The notes under the pieces were generated by a model. It was not told the DNA's origin. It made no database searches and saw nothing but the letters and a program-made list of their open reading frames with translations. A stretch of 54,204 nucleotides of DNA from an uncultured Ignavibacteriales bacterium. GTDB taxonomy: Bacteria > Zixibacteria > MSB-5A5 > GN15 > JAAZOE01. The stretch lies in contig CAZSYD010000014.1 in assembly GCA_964611355.1 (NCBI GenBank), positions 1-54,204 on the forward strand, given 5' to 3'. Made by a program: the position numbers and the translations under genes. Shown one piece after another: positions 33,436 through 43,653 of this stretch (the stretch's first letter is position 1; every line of letters begins with the position of its first letter).

Positions 33436-34063
33436 GGCCGATTCCCCTGCTCCGAATCAGGCGCATCGTCCTAGCTCTCACTTCATCAGAGATCGAATCG
33501 ATATCCTTTCTCCCATCAATCAGCGTCGTCATCCTCTTTGATGCCAGAGATCGGAACCCTTTGCGGACACGGTTGAAGAAAGCCTTCTTTTCTATCTCCA
33601 GCCTGTCCGGTTTTTTGCTCCGGCGCATAAGCGAAGTCTTGTAATCGACGTCAAGAATAAAAGTCAGATCGGGTTTGATACCGGGAGACGCGGCTCGATT
33701 AAGACGTTCGACCAAACGAATGTCAATTCCCCGGCCGTACCCCTGATAAGCCGTGGTCGAATCGAAATACCGATCACAAATAACAATCTGTCTTTTATCA
33801 AGAGCCGGAACGATCACCGATTCGGCCAGTTGCGACCGAGCCGCCTCATAAAGAAACAGCTCCGTCAATGGCGATATATCCAGCCTGCGGTCAAGAAGGA
33901 CGCGGCGGATTTTCTCCGAAACCGGCGTTCCACCCGGCTCGCGAAGAAGCATGACCGAGTATCCTTTTTTCTTCAGGCGAGCATAAAGCTTCTTTGCCTG
34001 GGTCGACTTGCCGCTGCCGTCGATCCCTTCAAAAGCGATAAATATGCCGTGACGTTTCTTCAT
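33425..34063 (-). CDS. tmk: Thymidylate kinase
   Basis: FEGIDGSGKSTQ, REPGGT, ICDRYFDSTTAYQGYGRG. Confidence 0.97.
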   Translation of the reverse strand: MKKRHGIFIAFEGIDGSGKSTQAKKLYARLKKKGYSVMLLREPGGTPVSEKIRRVLLDRRLDISPLTELFLYEAARSQLAESVIVPALDKRQIVICDRYFDSTTAYQGYGRGIDIRLVERLNRAASPGIKPDLTFILDVDYKTSLMRRSKKPDRLEIEKKAFFNRVRKGFRSLASKRMTTLIDGRKDIDSISDEVRARTMRLIRSRGIGRAG

Positions 34064-34076
34064 ATCACAATATCAC

Positions 34077-34106
34077 AAAAAAAGGCGACCTTCATCAGGC
34101 CGCCTT
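34077..34106 (-). terminator. Rho-independent terminator after ino1
   Basis: Minus strand AAGGCGGCCT-gatga-AGGTCGCC followed by T7. Confidence 0.75.
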
Positions 34107-34122
34107 CAAGGTACAAAATCAA

Positions 34123-35319
34123 TCAGACCGTTTCAGCAACTTTTTTCCGGCGTGCAGTCTTTTTGGCTTTTACTGTCGTTTTATTTTTCGCAGCGCTTTT
34201 GTCTTTGAGGACAAGTCTGCGAGTCGGCTTTTCGGCCTTTTTCTTACCGTATTTCCGAATGAACTCCTCGACCATTTCGCGGGCCTCGGAATCGGTATAT
34301 TGAACCGGCGGAGATTTCTTGAAGTACGCCGACGGCTCCAGCAGGGCTCCCTTCAGACCGTTGTCGAGGGCCAGCTTACAGCAGCGGACGGCATCGATGA
34401 CCACCCCGGCTGAATTCGGACTATCCCAGACTTCCATCTTGAATTCAATGTTTAAGGGCACGTTGCCGAAAGTGGTTCCCTCCATCCGGATATATGCCCA
34501 CTTGCGGTCGTCGAGCCACTCGACATAGTCTGACGGCCCGATGTGGATATTTTTGCTGCCGATGTCGTAGTCGAGTTGGCTGATGACGGCGTTGGTTTTG
34601 GAAATCTTTTTCGATTCCAGCCGTTCACGTTCGAGCATGTTCAAAAAGTCGGTGTTGCCGCCAACGTTAAGCTGGCTGGTACGCTCCAGCTTGACGCCCC
34701 GCTCGCGAAAAAGCCGCGTCAAAACACGGTGCGCGATGGTGGCGCCAACCTGCGATTTGACATCGTCGCCGATGACCGGCAGGCCTTTTTCCTCGAAACG
34801 CTTCTGCCAGTACTGTTCCCTGGCGATAAAAACCGGGATACAGTTGACCAAGCCGCAACCGGCTTCAAGAATCTGCTCAACATACCACTTCGTGGCATGC
34901 TCGGAACCTACCGGCAGATAATTGACAACTATGTCGGTGCCCGTATCTTTCAGCAACTTGACGATATCGACCGTGTCGCCCGGAGCTTTCTTGATAATCT
35001 TCTTGAGGTATTTCCCCAGGCCGTCATGAGTCATGCCGCGCTGTACAATCACGCCGGTTTTGGGAACGTCGCAGAATTTATATGTATTGTTGGGCCACGT
35101 AAAGATCGCCTCGGACAGATCTTTACCTACCTTGTTGGCGTCAATATCAATGGCGGCCGAAAACTCGATATCCGATATATGATATCCTCCCAAATTAACG
35201 TGCATCAGGCCGGGAACAAAATCATCATCCCTGGCATCGCGATAAAAATGAACTCCCTGTACAAACGAGGACGCACAGTTACCCGCCCCGATAATCGCCA
35301 CTCTTACCTTGTCGCTCAT
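34123..35319 (-). CDS. ino1: Inositol-3-phosphate synthase with a Lys-rich C-terminal tail
   Basis: [59 protein letters not shown]. Confidence 0.95.
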   Translation of the reverse strand: MSDKVRVAIIGAGNCASSFVQGVHFYRDARDDDFVPGLMHVNLGGYHISDIEFSAAIDIDANKVGKDLSEAIFTWPNNTYKFCDVPKTGVIVQRGMTHDGLGKYLKKIIKKAPGDTVDIVKLLKDTGTDIVVNYLPVGSEHATKWYVEQILEAGCGLVNCIPVFIAREQYWQKRFEEKGLPVIGDDVKSQVGATIAHRVLTRLFRERGVKLERTSQLNVGGNTDFLNMLERERLESKKISKTNAVISQLDYDIGSKNIHIGPSDYVEWLDDRKWAYIRMEGTTFGNVPLNIEFKMEVWDSPNSAGVVIDAVRCCKLALDNGLKGALLEPSAYFKKSPPVQYTDSEAREMVEEFIRKYGKKKAEKPTRRLVLKDKSAAKNKTTVKAKKTARRKKVAETV

Positions 35320-35424
35320 ACTTGCTCCTTCTCTCTGATTTATTCCTTTGACGTTTTATTGTCTCTCAAATGTGAGCGAAAATATAGGCCCGTCTTTTTA
35401 TAAAGGCAAACGAAATCAATAAAA

Positions 35425-35626
35425 TATTATATGTATATACAACAATTATCCCTTATAGCTATTAATATCGTGCATGCCGATAATAGAGGCTGTCGGCGTA
35501 AATCGCACCAAATATCAGCATATTATGTTTAATATCAATGAATTATACGTATCTTATGAATAGTTGGGTACCACGAAAACTTCATTATAAACCTCCTTGA
35601 CATTATGATTGTATATACATATAATA
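35425..35626. promoter_or_regulatory. Divergent promoters sharing an 18-bp operator; consensus sigma70 promoter of marR
   Basis: TATTATATGTATATACAA (35425-35442) is the exact reverse complement of TTGTATATACATATAATA (35609-35626). TTGACA-N17-TATAAT at 35597-35625. Confidence 0.8.
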
Positions 35627-35634
35627 GTTACGCA

Positions 35635-36177
35635 ATGGATAATCTCAATGAGAAACTTGATAAAGCATTAGGCACTAAATGGGCCGCACGGTCAACACTC
35701 CTGAGAGAATTATTGAAAAAGGCGCCAGGGGGCAGGCAGGCAGGGTTGGGTAAAAAATCGCTTCGACCATCCGCAGGACATCTAACGCCGGAACAGTTGA
35801 CGGTTATTGCCGTGCTTGATTCATACGGCTACGGCGTGGCGGTGAAGGAAATAGCGGAAGAGATTGAACTTCCCCATGCCAACATAACCCGGACGCTGGA
35901 TAAGCTGGAGAAAAAAGGTCTCATCAGTCGCACCCAGGATAGGGCGGATCGTCGGCGGATAATTGTCAGGTTGACTCTGGAAGGTAATAAAACCGCCCGC
36001 CGCCTGTCCGGCATTCGCCAAAAACTGCACTCGGCGCTGTGGGATATATATGATGACCGGGAGAAAATACTCCTGCTGGAACTTCTGTCCCGAAAATCGG
36101 ATACATGGTTTATAGCCGGTTCGTTTTCCCGTAGCATCGACCAAAAAGGAGAAGATGATGATGGTCGAGAAGATTAA
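35635..36177 (+). CDS. MarR-family transcriptional regulator
   Basis: LTPEQLTVI, VKEIAEEI..NITRTLDKLEKKGLI.R..DRR..VRLT.EG. Start moved to ATG 35635, downstream of the promoter. Confidence 0.88.
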   Translation: MDNLNEKLDKALGTKWAARSTLLRELLKKAPGGRQAGLGKKSLRPSAGHLTPEQLTVIAVLDSYGYGVAVKEIAEEIELPHANITRTLDKLEKKGLISRTQDRADRRRIIVRLTLEGNKTARRLSGIRQKLHSALWDIYDDREKILLLELLSRKSDTWFIAGSFSRSIDQKGEDDDGRED

Positions 36178-36811
36178 AGCGGAATACAGGCGCATCAAAA
36201 AGGAAAAAGGGAAAATCATTACGCCCGATATACGTGGAATTTCCAGGCGGTATTTCAGCGAATTAAAGGATAAGCCCAAAAAGGAAATCTTTGTGCTGTG
36301 CAATGAGCTGCTCGAAGCCGGCTTTACCGCTATTCCATTCGATTGGGCTTACAGGCTCGGCAGTCAATTTACGAGATCCGATTTTCGCGTCCTTGAATCA
36401 TGGCTGAAGAAATATGTTGACGACTGGGGCAAGTGTGACGATTTATGCACCCATTCTCTCGGCGTTTTTATTTACCGATTTCCCGAAATAGCCGCCAAAA
36501 CCGAGAGATGGGCTTATTCTAAAAATCGCTGGCAGCGGCGCGCCTCGGCGGTGGCGCTTATTTATAGTATCAGGCGCAGGCATGGTTTAAGGGAGATTTT
36601 CAAACGGGCTGATATTCTTCTGGCCGACAGCGACGATATGGTGCAGAAAGGTTACGGCTGGATGCTCAAGGAAGCCGCCAACCATTTCCCAAAAGAGGTT
36701 TTCGATTATGTCATGAAGCATAAAATGGTGATGCCTCGCACCGCCCTGCGTTACGCCATCGAAAAAATGCCACCCTCGTGGAAAAAGAAGGCGATGAAGA
36801 AGGACTGGTGA
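36155..36811 (+). CDS. DNA alkylation repair protein (AlkD-like HEAT repeat)
   Basis: VDDWGKCD, WAYSKNRWQRRAS, DMVQKGYGWMLKE, MPRTALRYAIEK. Confidence 0.88.
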   Translation: MMMVEKIKAEYRRIKKEKGKIITPDIRGISRRYFSELKDKPKKEIFVLCNELLEAGFTAIPFDWAYRLGSQFTRSDFRVLESWLKKYVDDWGKCDDLCTHSLGVFIYRFPEIAAKTERWAYSKNRWQRRASAVALIYSIRRRHGLREIFKRADILLADSDDMVQKGYGWMLKEAANHFPKEVFDYVMKHKMVMPRTALRYAIEKMPPSWKKKAMKKDW

Positions 36812-36868
36812 AACAAAGGAGAATATATAAATCGCCTGCGATGCTTGCTATAATACTCGACGGGCAGC

Positions 36869-37387
36869 CTACCGCTTCTTCAAACATTGTATCACCTGGC
36901 CGATATACATCCGGTGGTAGTCCCTGTCAGGATATTGCTTCTCGATGGATGGATCAAGAAAATTGGCGGGGTTAATATCGTGAAAATAAATTTTTCGGCA
37001 TTCCATAACCAGCCGCGCCTCGGCAAAATAAACCGACCCCGATTCGGTTTCAACCGGCATGATCTTCGTCTCGGCGATCTTGTCGACATCGCGCCCCGAT
37101 TCGGTGCCGCAAAACTTGAGCACATGCCGATACTTTTCCTCGAAAAACGATAAAGTAAACGTTTTAGCTTCTTCCATGAATCCATAAGTGTACCGCACCG
37201 GTCGAACAAAACATATGCAGATATTTTTGTGCCACAACTCGCCAAAGGCGCCCCACGAAGCCGTCATCGTATTGAACGATTTGATATTTCCGGCTGTCAC
37301 CAGCATCCAGTCCAAAGCGATCAACTTGAAGGCGTTGTCCTTTATCAGACACGGGTCAATTGGTACAAACCTGTCAGTCATTTTCAC
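36869..37387 (-). CDS. Flavin reductase-like FMN-binding protein
   Basis: WMLVTAG..FNTMTASWG, FVRPVRYT, CGTESGRDVDK, DYHRMYIG. Confidence 0.88.
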   Translation of the reverse strand: MKMTDRFVPIDPCLIKDNAFKLIALDWMLVTAGNIKSFNTMTASWGAFGELWHKNICICFVRPVRYTYGFMEEAKTFTLSFFEEKYRHVLKFCGTESGRDVDKIAETKIMPVETESGSVYFAEARLVMECRKIYFHDINPANFLDPSIEKQYPDRDYHRMYIGQVIQCLKKR

Positions 37388-37595
37388 CTCGCCAAAGACA
37401 TCCGGAAAGTATCATTCAAGGATACGGGGAAAATAACTTTCCTGCAACTCAAAACATACAGAACGGGTAGCCCCCTGCTTCAGTCGGAGGAAAAACGCGG
37501 AAGCGTGGTTCCTGTCTCCCACCAGATAATAATCATTTAGACATTCAGGCGGATTTTGCATATATTAATCAGGCAATCAAAAAGCATGGGGAAAT

Positions 37596-38411
37596 ATGAT
37601 ACGACCAATTATCCTCTGGATACTGGCGGCTATTATAACCATCACCGCGGCCGCATACCAGCGAAAAACCGGCCCGACCTGCCCGATTGAGGGCGAAACT
37701 GATATTTCCGGTCAGACGACTGCGTATCGTCTGGAAAGAAGTCACGGCGGGGAAGGCGACCAGAAGGTTGTGATCGTAGCTCCTGATTCGCTGATCCGCG
37801 GAAGCCTTCATTATAAACGTTATAAATCGCCCGATTCGTTCACGGTCAAACCGATGGAGCGATTCGGCGACACGCTGGTTGGCTACCTGGCGCATCAGCC
37901 TATGGCCGGAAAGCTGGAGTATTATGTTGAGTTAATTTATAACGATTCATCAATTATCATCCCCGGCCGGCAAACGGTAGTCATACGCTTCAGAGGCACC
38001 GTGCCTCCTTCTGTGCTTTCACTCCATATTTTATTTATTTTTGCCGCCATGTTTCTTTCCACCCGCACCGGCCTGGAGGCAATATCCCCCGGGGGCAAAA
38101 CAAAATATCTGACGTTGTGGACAACGCTGTTTCTGATGTTGGGCGGGATGATTCTCGGGCCGGTAGTACAAAAATACGCTTTCGGCGCTTTCTGGACCGG
38201 CGTACCGTTTGGCTGGGACCTGACTGACAATAAATGTCTGATCGCCTTTATTTGCTGGGTAATAGCGCTGGCGCGTCATAAGTTCAACCCGTTACCCAGA
38301 TATTGGGTTATTGCCGCGGCCATAATTCTTCTGGTGATATATTTAATTCCCCACAGCATGATGGGCTCAGAACTCGATTATGCCACCGGCGAAGTCAAAT
38401 CGGGTTGCTGA
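37596..38411 (+). CDS. Hypothetical multi-pass membrane protein
   Basis: N-terminal TM, a soluble domain, then about four TM helices (GPVVQKYAFGAFWTGVPFGWDLTDNK). Confidence 0.75.
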   Translation: MIRPIILWILAAIITITAAAYQRKTGPTCPIEGETDISGQTTAYRLERSHGGEGDQKVVIVAPDSLIRGSLHYKRYKSPDSFTVKPMERFGDTLVGYLAHQPMAGKLEYYVELIYNDSSIIIPGRQTVVIRFRGTVPPSVLSLHILFIFAAMFLSTRTGLEAISPGGKTKYLTLWTTLFLMLGGMILGPVVQKYAFGAFWTGVPFGWDLTDNKCLIAFICWVIALARHKFNPLPRYWVIAAAIILLVIYLIPHSMMGSELDYATGEVKSGC

Positions 38412-38438
38412 AGACAGATAAGTCTCATTCGATTAGAG

Positions 38439-40856
38439 TCAAATATCGAAGCCAATCGAAAAAGCGAAAGGCTCGGTATCATATGCCGATAACTGCCACG
38501 TGAAATACGCGGACAGGTTAAACGGCATCATAAACGGCGTCAGGTTGGTCAGCCCGAAGCCAATTTCGGTATAAGCCGTCGGGGCGGTTCTAAGTGAAAT
38601 GTCAACGGGGCTGTTTTTAAATTCCGACCAAAACGCGCCGCCGTAAACGGCAAAGCCGAACGGGATTTTTTTCAACAGCTCTACGCCGCTGTTTCTGGAC
38701 ATGTACTTGCCGAAGTCATGACAGGCATATATCAGGGCGATCCGGTCGCCGCCGAAGTTATTTTCACCAAAAGTACTGAAACTCAGTTTTTTGAACATAT
38801 ACGGATCGTTATAATCGGCGACAAAAAGTCTCTGCTGTGGCATTTCCCAATCGGATGATCCCAGGTAACCGAACAGCGACATTATTCCCAGTTCCGGGAT
38901 TCGATATCGCCCCCGCATTTCCAAATAATAGCGCCGGAAATGGAAATCGTTATCGATAATATCGGGCGACGCGTATTCGATTCCCGCTTTGGCCCGAGTA
39001 TATCGGTTATAAAATGAAATAAAATCGCGCCCCTTGCTTTTTATCAGCTTGCGCGAGTCATAACTTAACGAGGCCGTCACCGTGCGCATCTTTCCTTCGA
39101 CAATGGCGGGGTTTTCACGAGGGTCGATGCGCCTGCGAAAAATACCGTAACCGGTTTGTTTTGATTTTATCAATTGTCTGAAATCACGATAGCCGACTTG
39201 CAGGCGAGTATGGTTGACCGGTTTAACGGAAGCCAAAACTTCGTACCCTTTCTCCCGGTAATAATCAAACGGATCGGTCTTGAAAAGGAGGGCATTGAAA
39301 GTCGGATTGAATGACGGTTTTGAGATAATTGTCGCGCGATGGACAATTTCATCTTTGACGGTAACTACCAGCCATAATTTCTGCCGCCTGTGCAACCGGT
39401 AACTGATACCGTATCTGTATTGCCATCTTTTATCTTTGAAGGCGTATCCGGTTTTAAGTTGTAGCCTGGCGTTGTGATTCAATCGGTCGAGTTCAAATTT
39501 TGGGCCAAGGTACAATCCTTCCACCCGATTGTAATGAAACAGGTCATAATCGCCCAACGCAAATAACAAAGCCGCGGCCAAAAATCCCCTGGCCACCTTT
39601 TTTCCGATCGGTTTGGGCAGATTTTCAAGCGAATCAAGGCGCTTATAGCCGTGCTGTTCATCGTCCGTGAGTGGAATCGTCTGGCGCGCGGCCCAGGCGG
39701 CGGAGTCTATGTCGTCGGCATCGTCGTTTATTACGATCTCGTATTCATCAAAAGTCCCTTTCGGGTGACCGGTTTCAATCTGATAGCTGTAGATCGACGC
39801 CACCTGCTCGAAATCCAGAACCGACGGCACGCCGGGCAACGGCATATTAAAATCAATCTGTCCCGAAAAACCGATCTGGACGGGCAGCCAGTATCCGCCT
39901 TCGATTGGCGCCAGATGCTGATAGTAACGAGCGTTTTTGATAAAAGGGAAATTCAGGCCTTTGCTGAAGCTCCCATCAACGCGAACGACCTCAAAGGTGG
40001 AATCGATGATATGAATCTCGCCCGCCAGAAGCGGTTCGTATTCATTTTTCGGTTCCATCTCAAGAACAAAAACCGCCCTCTCGTCGTAATAAACGGTATC
40101 GAGCAGGTAATAATTATAATGGTCCATGGCGTCGGTGGCGGTCGGCGAAACTACGCTGTAATCATCCAGTTCGATCCGGTTCTTATTAAAGTTCAGCATT
40201 TCACCGACGACCATTATGACATCCGCGTTGGAGGGGATATTGGCCGACTGCTGGCGGGCGGTTATAACCTCTTTGTACTTGTCCGGCCGTTCCCAGTAGG
40301 ATGTCGTCTGCGATTCGATGATAATAAAGATATTTTCCGAATCCGCTTTGGCGGGGTCGCTCAGGACGAACTTGGCATAGGAATCGTAGCTGTAATCGTG
40401 GAATCGGGAGAGAATATCTTTTTTGCGGGCGATTGCCGCGGCGATAATCTTCTGGGCCGGGTCATAGGCGCGTGTATAAACTTTGCGTTCGCCCATGTAA
40501 ATCACCAGCGGCGTTAGCCTGACATCTATAGTCAGCGATGAGTCAGTCAGCGATGCTGTGAACTTTTCCGAATAATGCCCGACATGGCTGACCTTGATAT
40601 CATAGTCGCCTTTTTCCAGAACCAGTCTATAGCGTCCGTCGGCATTGGTCGGCATCGCCTTTTTGGCACCGAGCACCTGCACGGTTGCGCTCGGAATCGC
40701 TTCGCCGGTATCGTTATCATAGGCCGTACCTTCAATGACAAAACGATTACTTTTTATTACAGAGGTTGTATCCTGATCGTCAGCGTGCGCATTGCGCTGT
40801 GCGAAAAATAACCCGAATGCAAGGAGAACAAGCAAAGAAATGAAAGGCCTTTTCAT
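38439..40856 (-). CDS. Outer-membrane protein with N-terminal carboxypeptidase-regulatory-like domain (DUF5686-like)
   Basis: Signal peptide. IEGTAYDNDTGEAIPSATV..TNADGRY..VSHVGH. YNRVEGLYLG. Beta-strand-rich C-terminus. Confidence 0.8.
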   Translation of the reverse strand: MKRPFISLLVLLAFGLFFAQRNAHADDQDTTSVIKSNRFVIEGTAYDNDTGEAIPSATVQVLGAKKAMPTNADGRYRLVLEKGDYDIKVSHVGHYSEKFTASLTDSSLTIDVRLTPLVIYMGERKVYTRAYDPAQKIIAAAIARKKDILSRFHDYSYDSYAKFVLSDPAKADSENIFIIIESQTTSYWERPDKYKEVITARQQSANIPSNADVIMVVGEMLNFNKNRIELDDYSVVSPTATDAMDHYNYYLLDTVYYDERAVFVLEMEPKNEYEPLLAGEIHIIDSTFEVVRVDGSFSKGLNFPFIKNARYYQHLAPIEGGYWLPVQIGFSGQIDFNMPLPGVPSVLDFEQVASIYSYQIETGHPKGTFDEYEIVINDDADDIDSAAWAARQTIPLTDDEQHGYKRLDSLENLPKPIGKKVARGFLAAALLFALGDYDLFHYNRVEGLYLGPKFELDRLNHNARLQLKTGYAFKDKRWQYRYGISYRLHRRQKLWLVVTVKDEIVHRATIISKPSFNPTFNALLFKTDPFDYYREKGYEVLASVKPVNHTRLQVGYRDFRQLIKSKQTGYGIFRRRIDPRENPAIVEGKMRTVTASLSYDSRKLIKSKGRDFISFYNRYTRAKAGIEYASPDIIDNDFHFRRYYLEMRGRYRIPELGIMSLFGYLGSSDWEMPQQRLFVADYNDPYMFKKLSFSTFGENNFGGDRIALIYACHDFGKYMSRNSGVELLKKIPFGFAVYGGAFWSEFKNSPVDISLRTAPTAYTEIGFGLTNLTPFMMPFNLSAYFTWQLSAYDTEPFAFSIGFDI

Positions 40857-41045
40857 AATTCGCCTTTAATTTTACTTTTTATCAGACTGTACAGATATTT
40901 TAATATATCCTACGTGGAAATGGTCAAAATGTTCTGACATTGTTTGGTTCGTTGCGCTTCACCCTACGTAGCGGCTCGCACAGAAATCCACACATAACCA
41001 AAACCTCCGGGGGGTAGATTCTGTGCGCGGCGTATCCTTCCCGCT

Positions 41046-42671
41046 TCAGGACAGCCTGTCCGAATGCGCCCGCGATAGACTGCGAACCCGGGGATATCTC
41101 AGGGCCAGCTTGTTGACTTTTCCTGATTGATGTTTCGGAAGTGAATCGACAAATTCGATATATTTCGGCACCTTGTGGTGGGCCAGCGCGGCACGACAAT
41201 GGTTCCGGATGTCCCCGGCACTGGCGGTTTGACCTTTCCTGAGCACAACGACTCCCTTTATGGCCTCGCCAAGGACATTGTCCTCGATTCCGATGACTGC
41301 GACTTCCAGCACCTTCCGGTGTTCGAGTATCCTTTCTTCGATCTCTTTGGCGCTGACACGGTTGCCGCCGACTTTGATGATTTCTTTTTTGCGCGAGACG
41401 ATGAAAAGAAAACCGTCATTGTCCCAGCGGGCGAGGTCGCCGGTGTAAAGCCAGCCATTTTTCAGAACCTGGCCCTGTTCCTCCGGTTGATTCCAGTAGC
41501 CCAGCATAACGCAATCGCCCGATACGATTATTTCTCCCACCTCGCCGGGAGGGACCTCATCGCCGTTTTCATCGGCGACTTTGATCTCGATCCCCGGAAC
41601 CGGGATGCCGATCGAGCCGACCTTGTCCTTGAGAAGTTCCGGGGGAAGATACGAGATGCGCGGTGAAGCTTCCGTCTGGCCGTACATAATGAAGATTTCC
41701 TTATCGGGGAAAGCTGCCATAACCTTCCTGATTACCTCCGGCGCCATGGATCCGCCGGCCTGTGTCAGGTAGCGCAGATGTTCGAGCTTCCCCGATGTGA
41801 AGTTGGAATTGCCCAAAAGGATCATAAAATTGGAGGGAACGCCGGAGAAACCAGTAACCCGTTCCTTTATCATTGTCTCGAGAACCACCTGCGGGAGAGC
41901 AAACCTGTTGTCAATGACCAGCCGTCCCCCCATCAGCAGGTGCGTCAACAGCAGGGAATTGCCGTAAATGTAGTAAAAGGGAAGAATTACTATCACCGAG
42001 TCGTCCCGGGTAAGATGCAGGTATTCCACCGTTGCTATCGTGTTGGAGATCAGGTTGCGATGCGACAGCATCACACCTTTGGGAGTGCCCGTGCTGCCGG
42101 AGGTGTAAAAGATTGCGGCCGGTTCATTGGGGCAGCCCGTCATGTTCTCATGCGTCAGCCTTTCGAACGGTGCGACCTCATTAATATCGGCTATCAGGTT
42201 ATCGAATTCGATTGTATGACCGGTTCGATCGAAAATATCGGGCAATGTTTCGATTCTGACGGCGGGTTGTTTGATATCAATTCCCTTATCGGAGATGATA
42301 AACTCCACCGGAGAGTTGTCGCCAAGCAACTCGGAAATGAATCTTTTATACCTGGCCTGAATCATGAGGACCCTGGCGCCGCAGTCATTCAATATAAATC
42401 GCAGCTTTTCCGGTCTCAGCGAAGTATCCATCGGAACGGCGATATGACCGGCTTGAAAAACGGCAAAAAAGAGGATCACATACTCAATTGAGTTTTCATA
42501 TAAAATGGCCATAGGTGAACCGGGTGGAATCGCCAGTTCGCTCAGGTAACGGGAAACTCTTTCTGACGAGAGAAGCAGATCCCGGTATGATATTTTCCGC
42601 TTCCCGTGAACGAGGGCCGTTTTATCAGGGGAAGTTGCCGCGCCTCTTTTCAGCAGGTCAAATAGTTTCAT
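41046..42671 (-). CDS. AMP-forming acyl-CoA synthetase / adenylate-forming enzyme
   Basis: YTSGSTGTPKG, YGQTE, YTGDL, RKKEIIKVGG, LPKHQSGK. Confidence 0.93.
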   Translation of the reverse strand: MKLFDLLKRGAATSPDKTALVHGKRKISYRDLLLSSERVSRYLSELAIPPGSPMAILYENSIEYVILFFAVFQAGHIAVPMDTSLRPEKLRFILNDCGARVLMIQARYKRFISELLGDNSPVEFIISDKGIDIKQPAVRIETLPDIFDRTGHTIEFDNLIADINEVAPFERLTHENMTGCPNEPAAIFYTSGSTGTPKGVMLSHRNLISNTIATVEYLHLTRDDSVIVILPFYYIYGNSLLLTHLLMGGRLVIDNRFALPQVVLETMIKERVTGFSGVPSNFMILLGNSNFTSGKLEHLRYLTQAGGSMAPEVIRKVMAAFPDKEIFIMYGQTEASPRISYLPPELLKDKVGSIGIPVPGIEIKVADENGDEVPPGEVGEIIVSGDCVMLGYWNQPEEQGQVLKNGWLYTGDLARWDNDGFLFIVSRKKEIIKVGGNRVSAKEIEERILEHRKVLEVAVIGIEDNVLGEAIKGVVVLRKGQTASAGDIRNHCRAALAHHKVPKYIEFVDSLPKHQSGKVNKLALRYPRVRSLSRAHSDRLS

Positions 42672-42717
42672 CGATATCCACCGCTTTGGATTTTTGATAA
42701 TATAGACGTTTATAGAT

Positions 42718-42744
42718 GTATCGTCAAATAATCGCCCTGCTTAA
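42718..42744 (-). promoter_or_regulatory. Possible sigma28 promoter of the acyl-CoA synthetase
   Basis: Minus strand TTAAG-N14-GACGATAC. Confidence 0.4.
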
Positions 42745-43383
42745 TGTTCCCCTCGAATTGCCTCAGGACAGGCGCCTATATGTGCCGGGATAATACGGTT
42801 CGCAGATGCGATAAATGCGGACATTTAGCGCACACGGAAGAAATGGGTTTGTTTTGTCATATTTTACTTTTCGTTCTATCGGTTTTGTGGTGATTCTCGT
42901 ATGACGTTGAAACTGAAGGCGTTTGAGAAATCTATAGGCGCGGCGAGATCGCCAAAGGCAGTTGGCAATGAGTCGTTTTTTGCGTATAGACATATTTATA
43001 TCCCTGGTATAATTACCCATTAATAGGGGAAGACAAAGAAATAGCGGCGATTGTGCATCGAAACTGATGATGTTGTGTCATAATATACAAGCGGGAACCC
43101 ACCCGCCGTTGGCGGGATGGGCCAGCGGTCATAAAATAGTCGAAACCGTCTTTCGCAAGGCTCATGGCAGGTCCTTCACCTTGTTCAGGATTTGTGACAG
43201 GGGTTTGATCTACGGAATATTTTGTGTTAACCGAGATTGTTATTAGTATTTTGGCCAGCAATCAAATTCACATAGTACCCCACCAAACGGGTAAGTCTAC
43301 AATCCGGTTAATATGCCCACACCGAATAATATACCGATTAGAATCTGACGGCCAAAAGATTAATGCGTCGAGAAAATTCAAAA

Positions 43384-43467
43384 TGCCGAAGGGGGGATTC
43401 GAACCCCCACGCCCAAAAGGACACTGCGCCCTGAACACAGCGTGTCTACCAGTTCCACCACTTCGGC
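43384..43467 (-). tRNA. tRNA-Leu (anticodon CAG), CCA not encoded
   Basis: GCCGAAG/CTTCGGC acceptor stem, TGGTAGAC D-loop, CTGTG-TTCAGGG-CGCAG anticodon arm, long variable arm, GGGGG-TTCGAAT-CCCCC T arm. Confidence 0.96.
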
Positions 43468-43653
43468 ATCTTTACCGAACATCAAATATATATAAATAAT
43501 CGCCCCCGGCAACTGTTTTCTTGAAGGTCATAAATACACCCGACAATACAGGAACAAAACCGCCATCTGCCGAATAATAATAAGTAGCTGATTTTAGTTG
43601 TCCGGCTGCGGGAAGAAAGCTATCCTGCCGCCGTTCAACCTTAAGGAGAGATA

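Noticed and set aside
35476..35483. GCCGATAA as a sigma28 -10 upstream of marR
   Set aside because: There is no matching -35, and a perfect sigma70 promoter lies closer to the gene.
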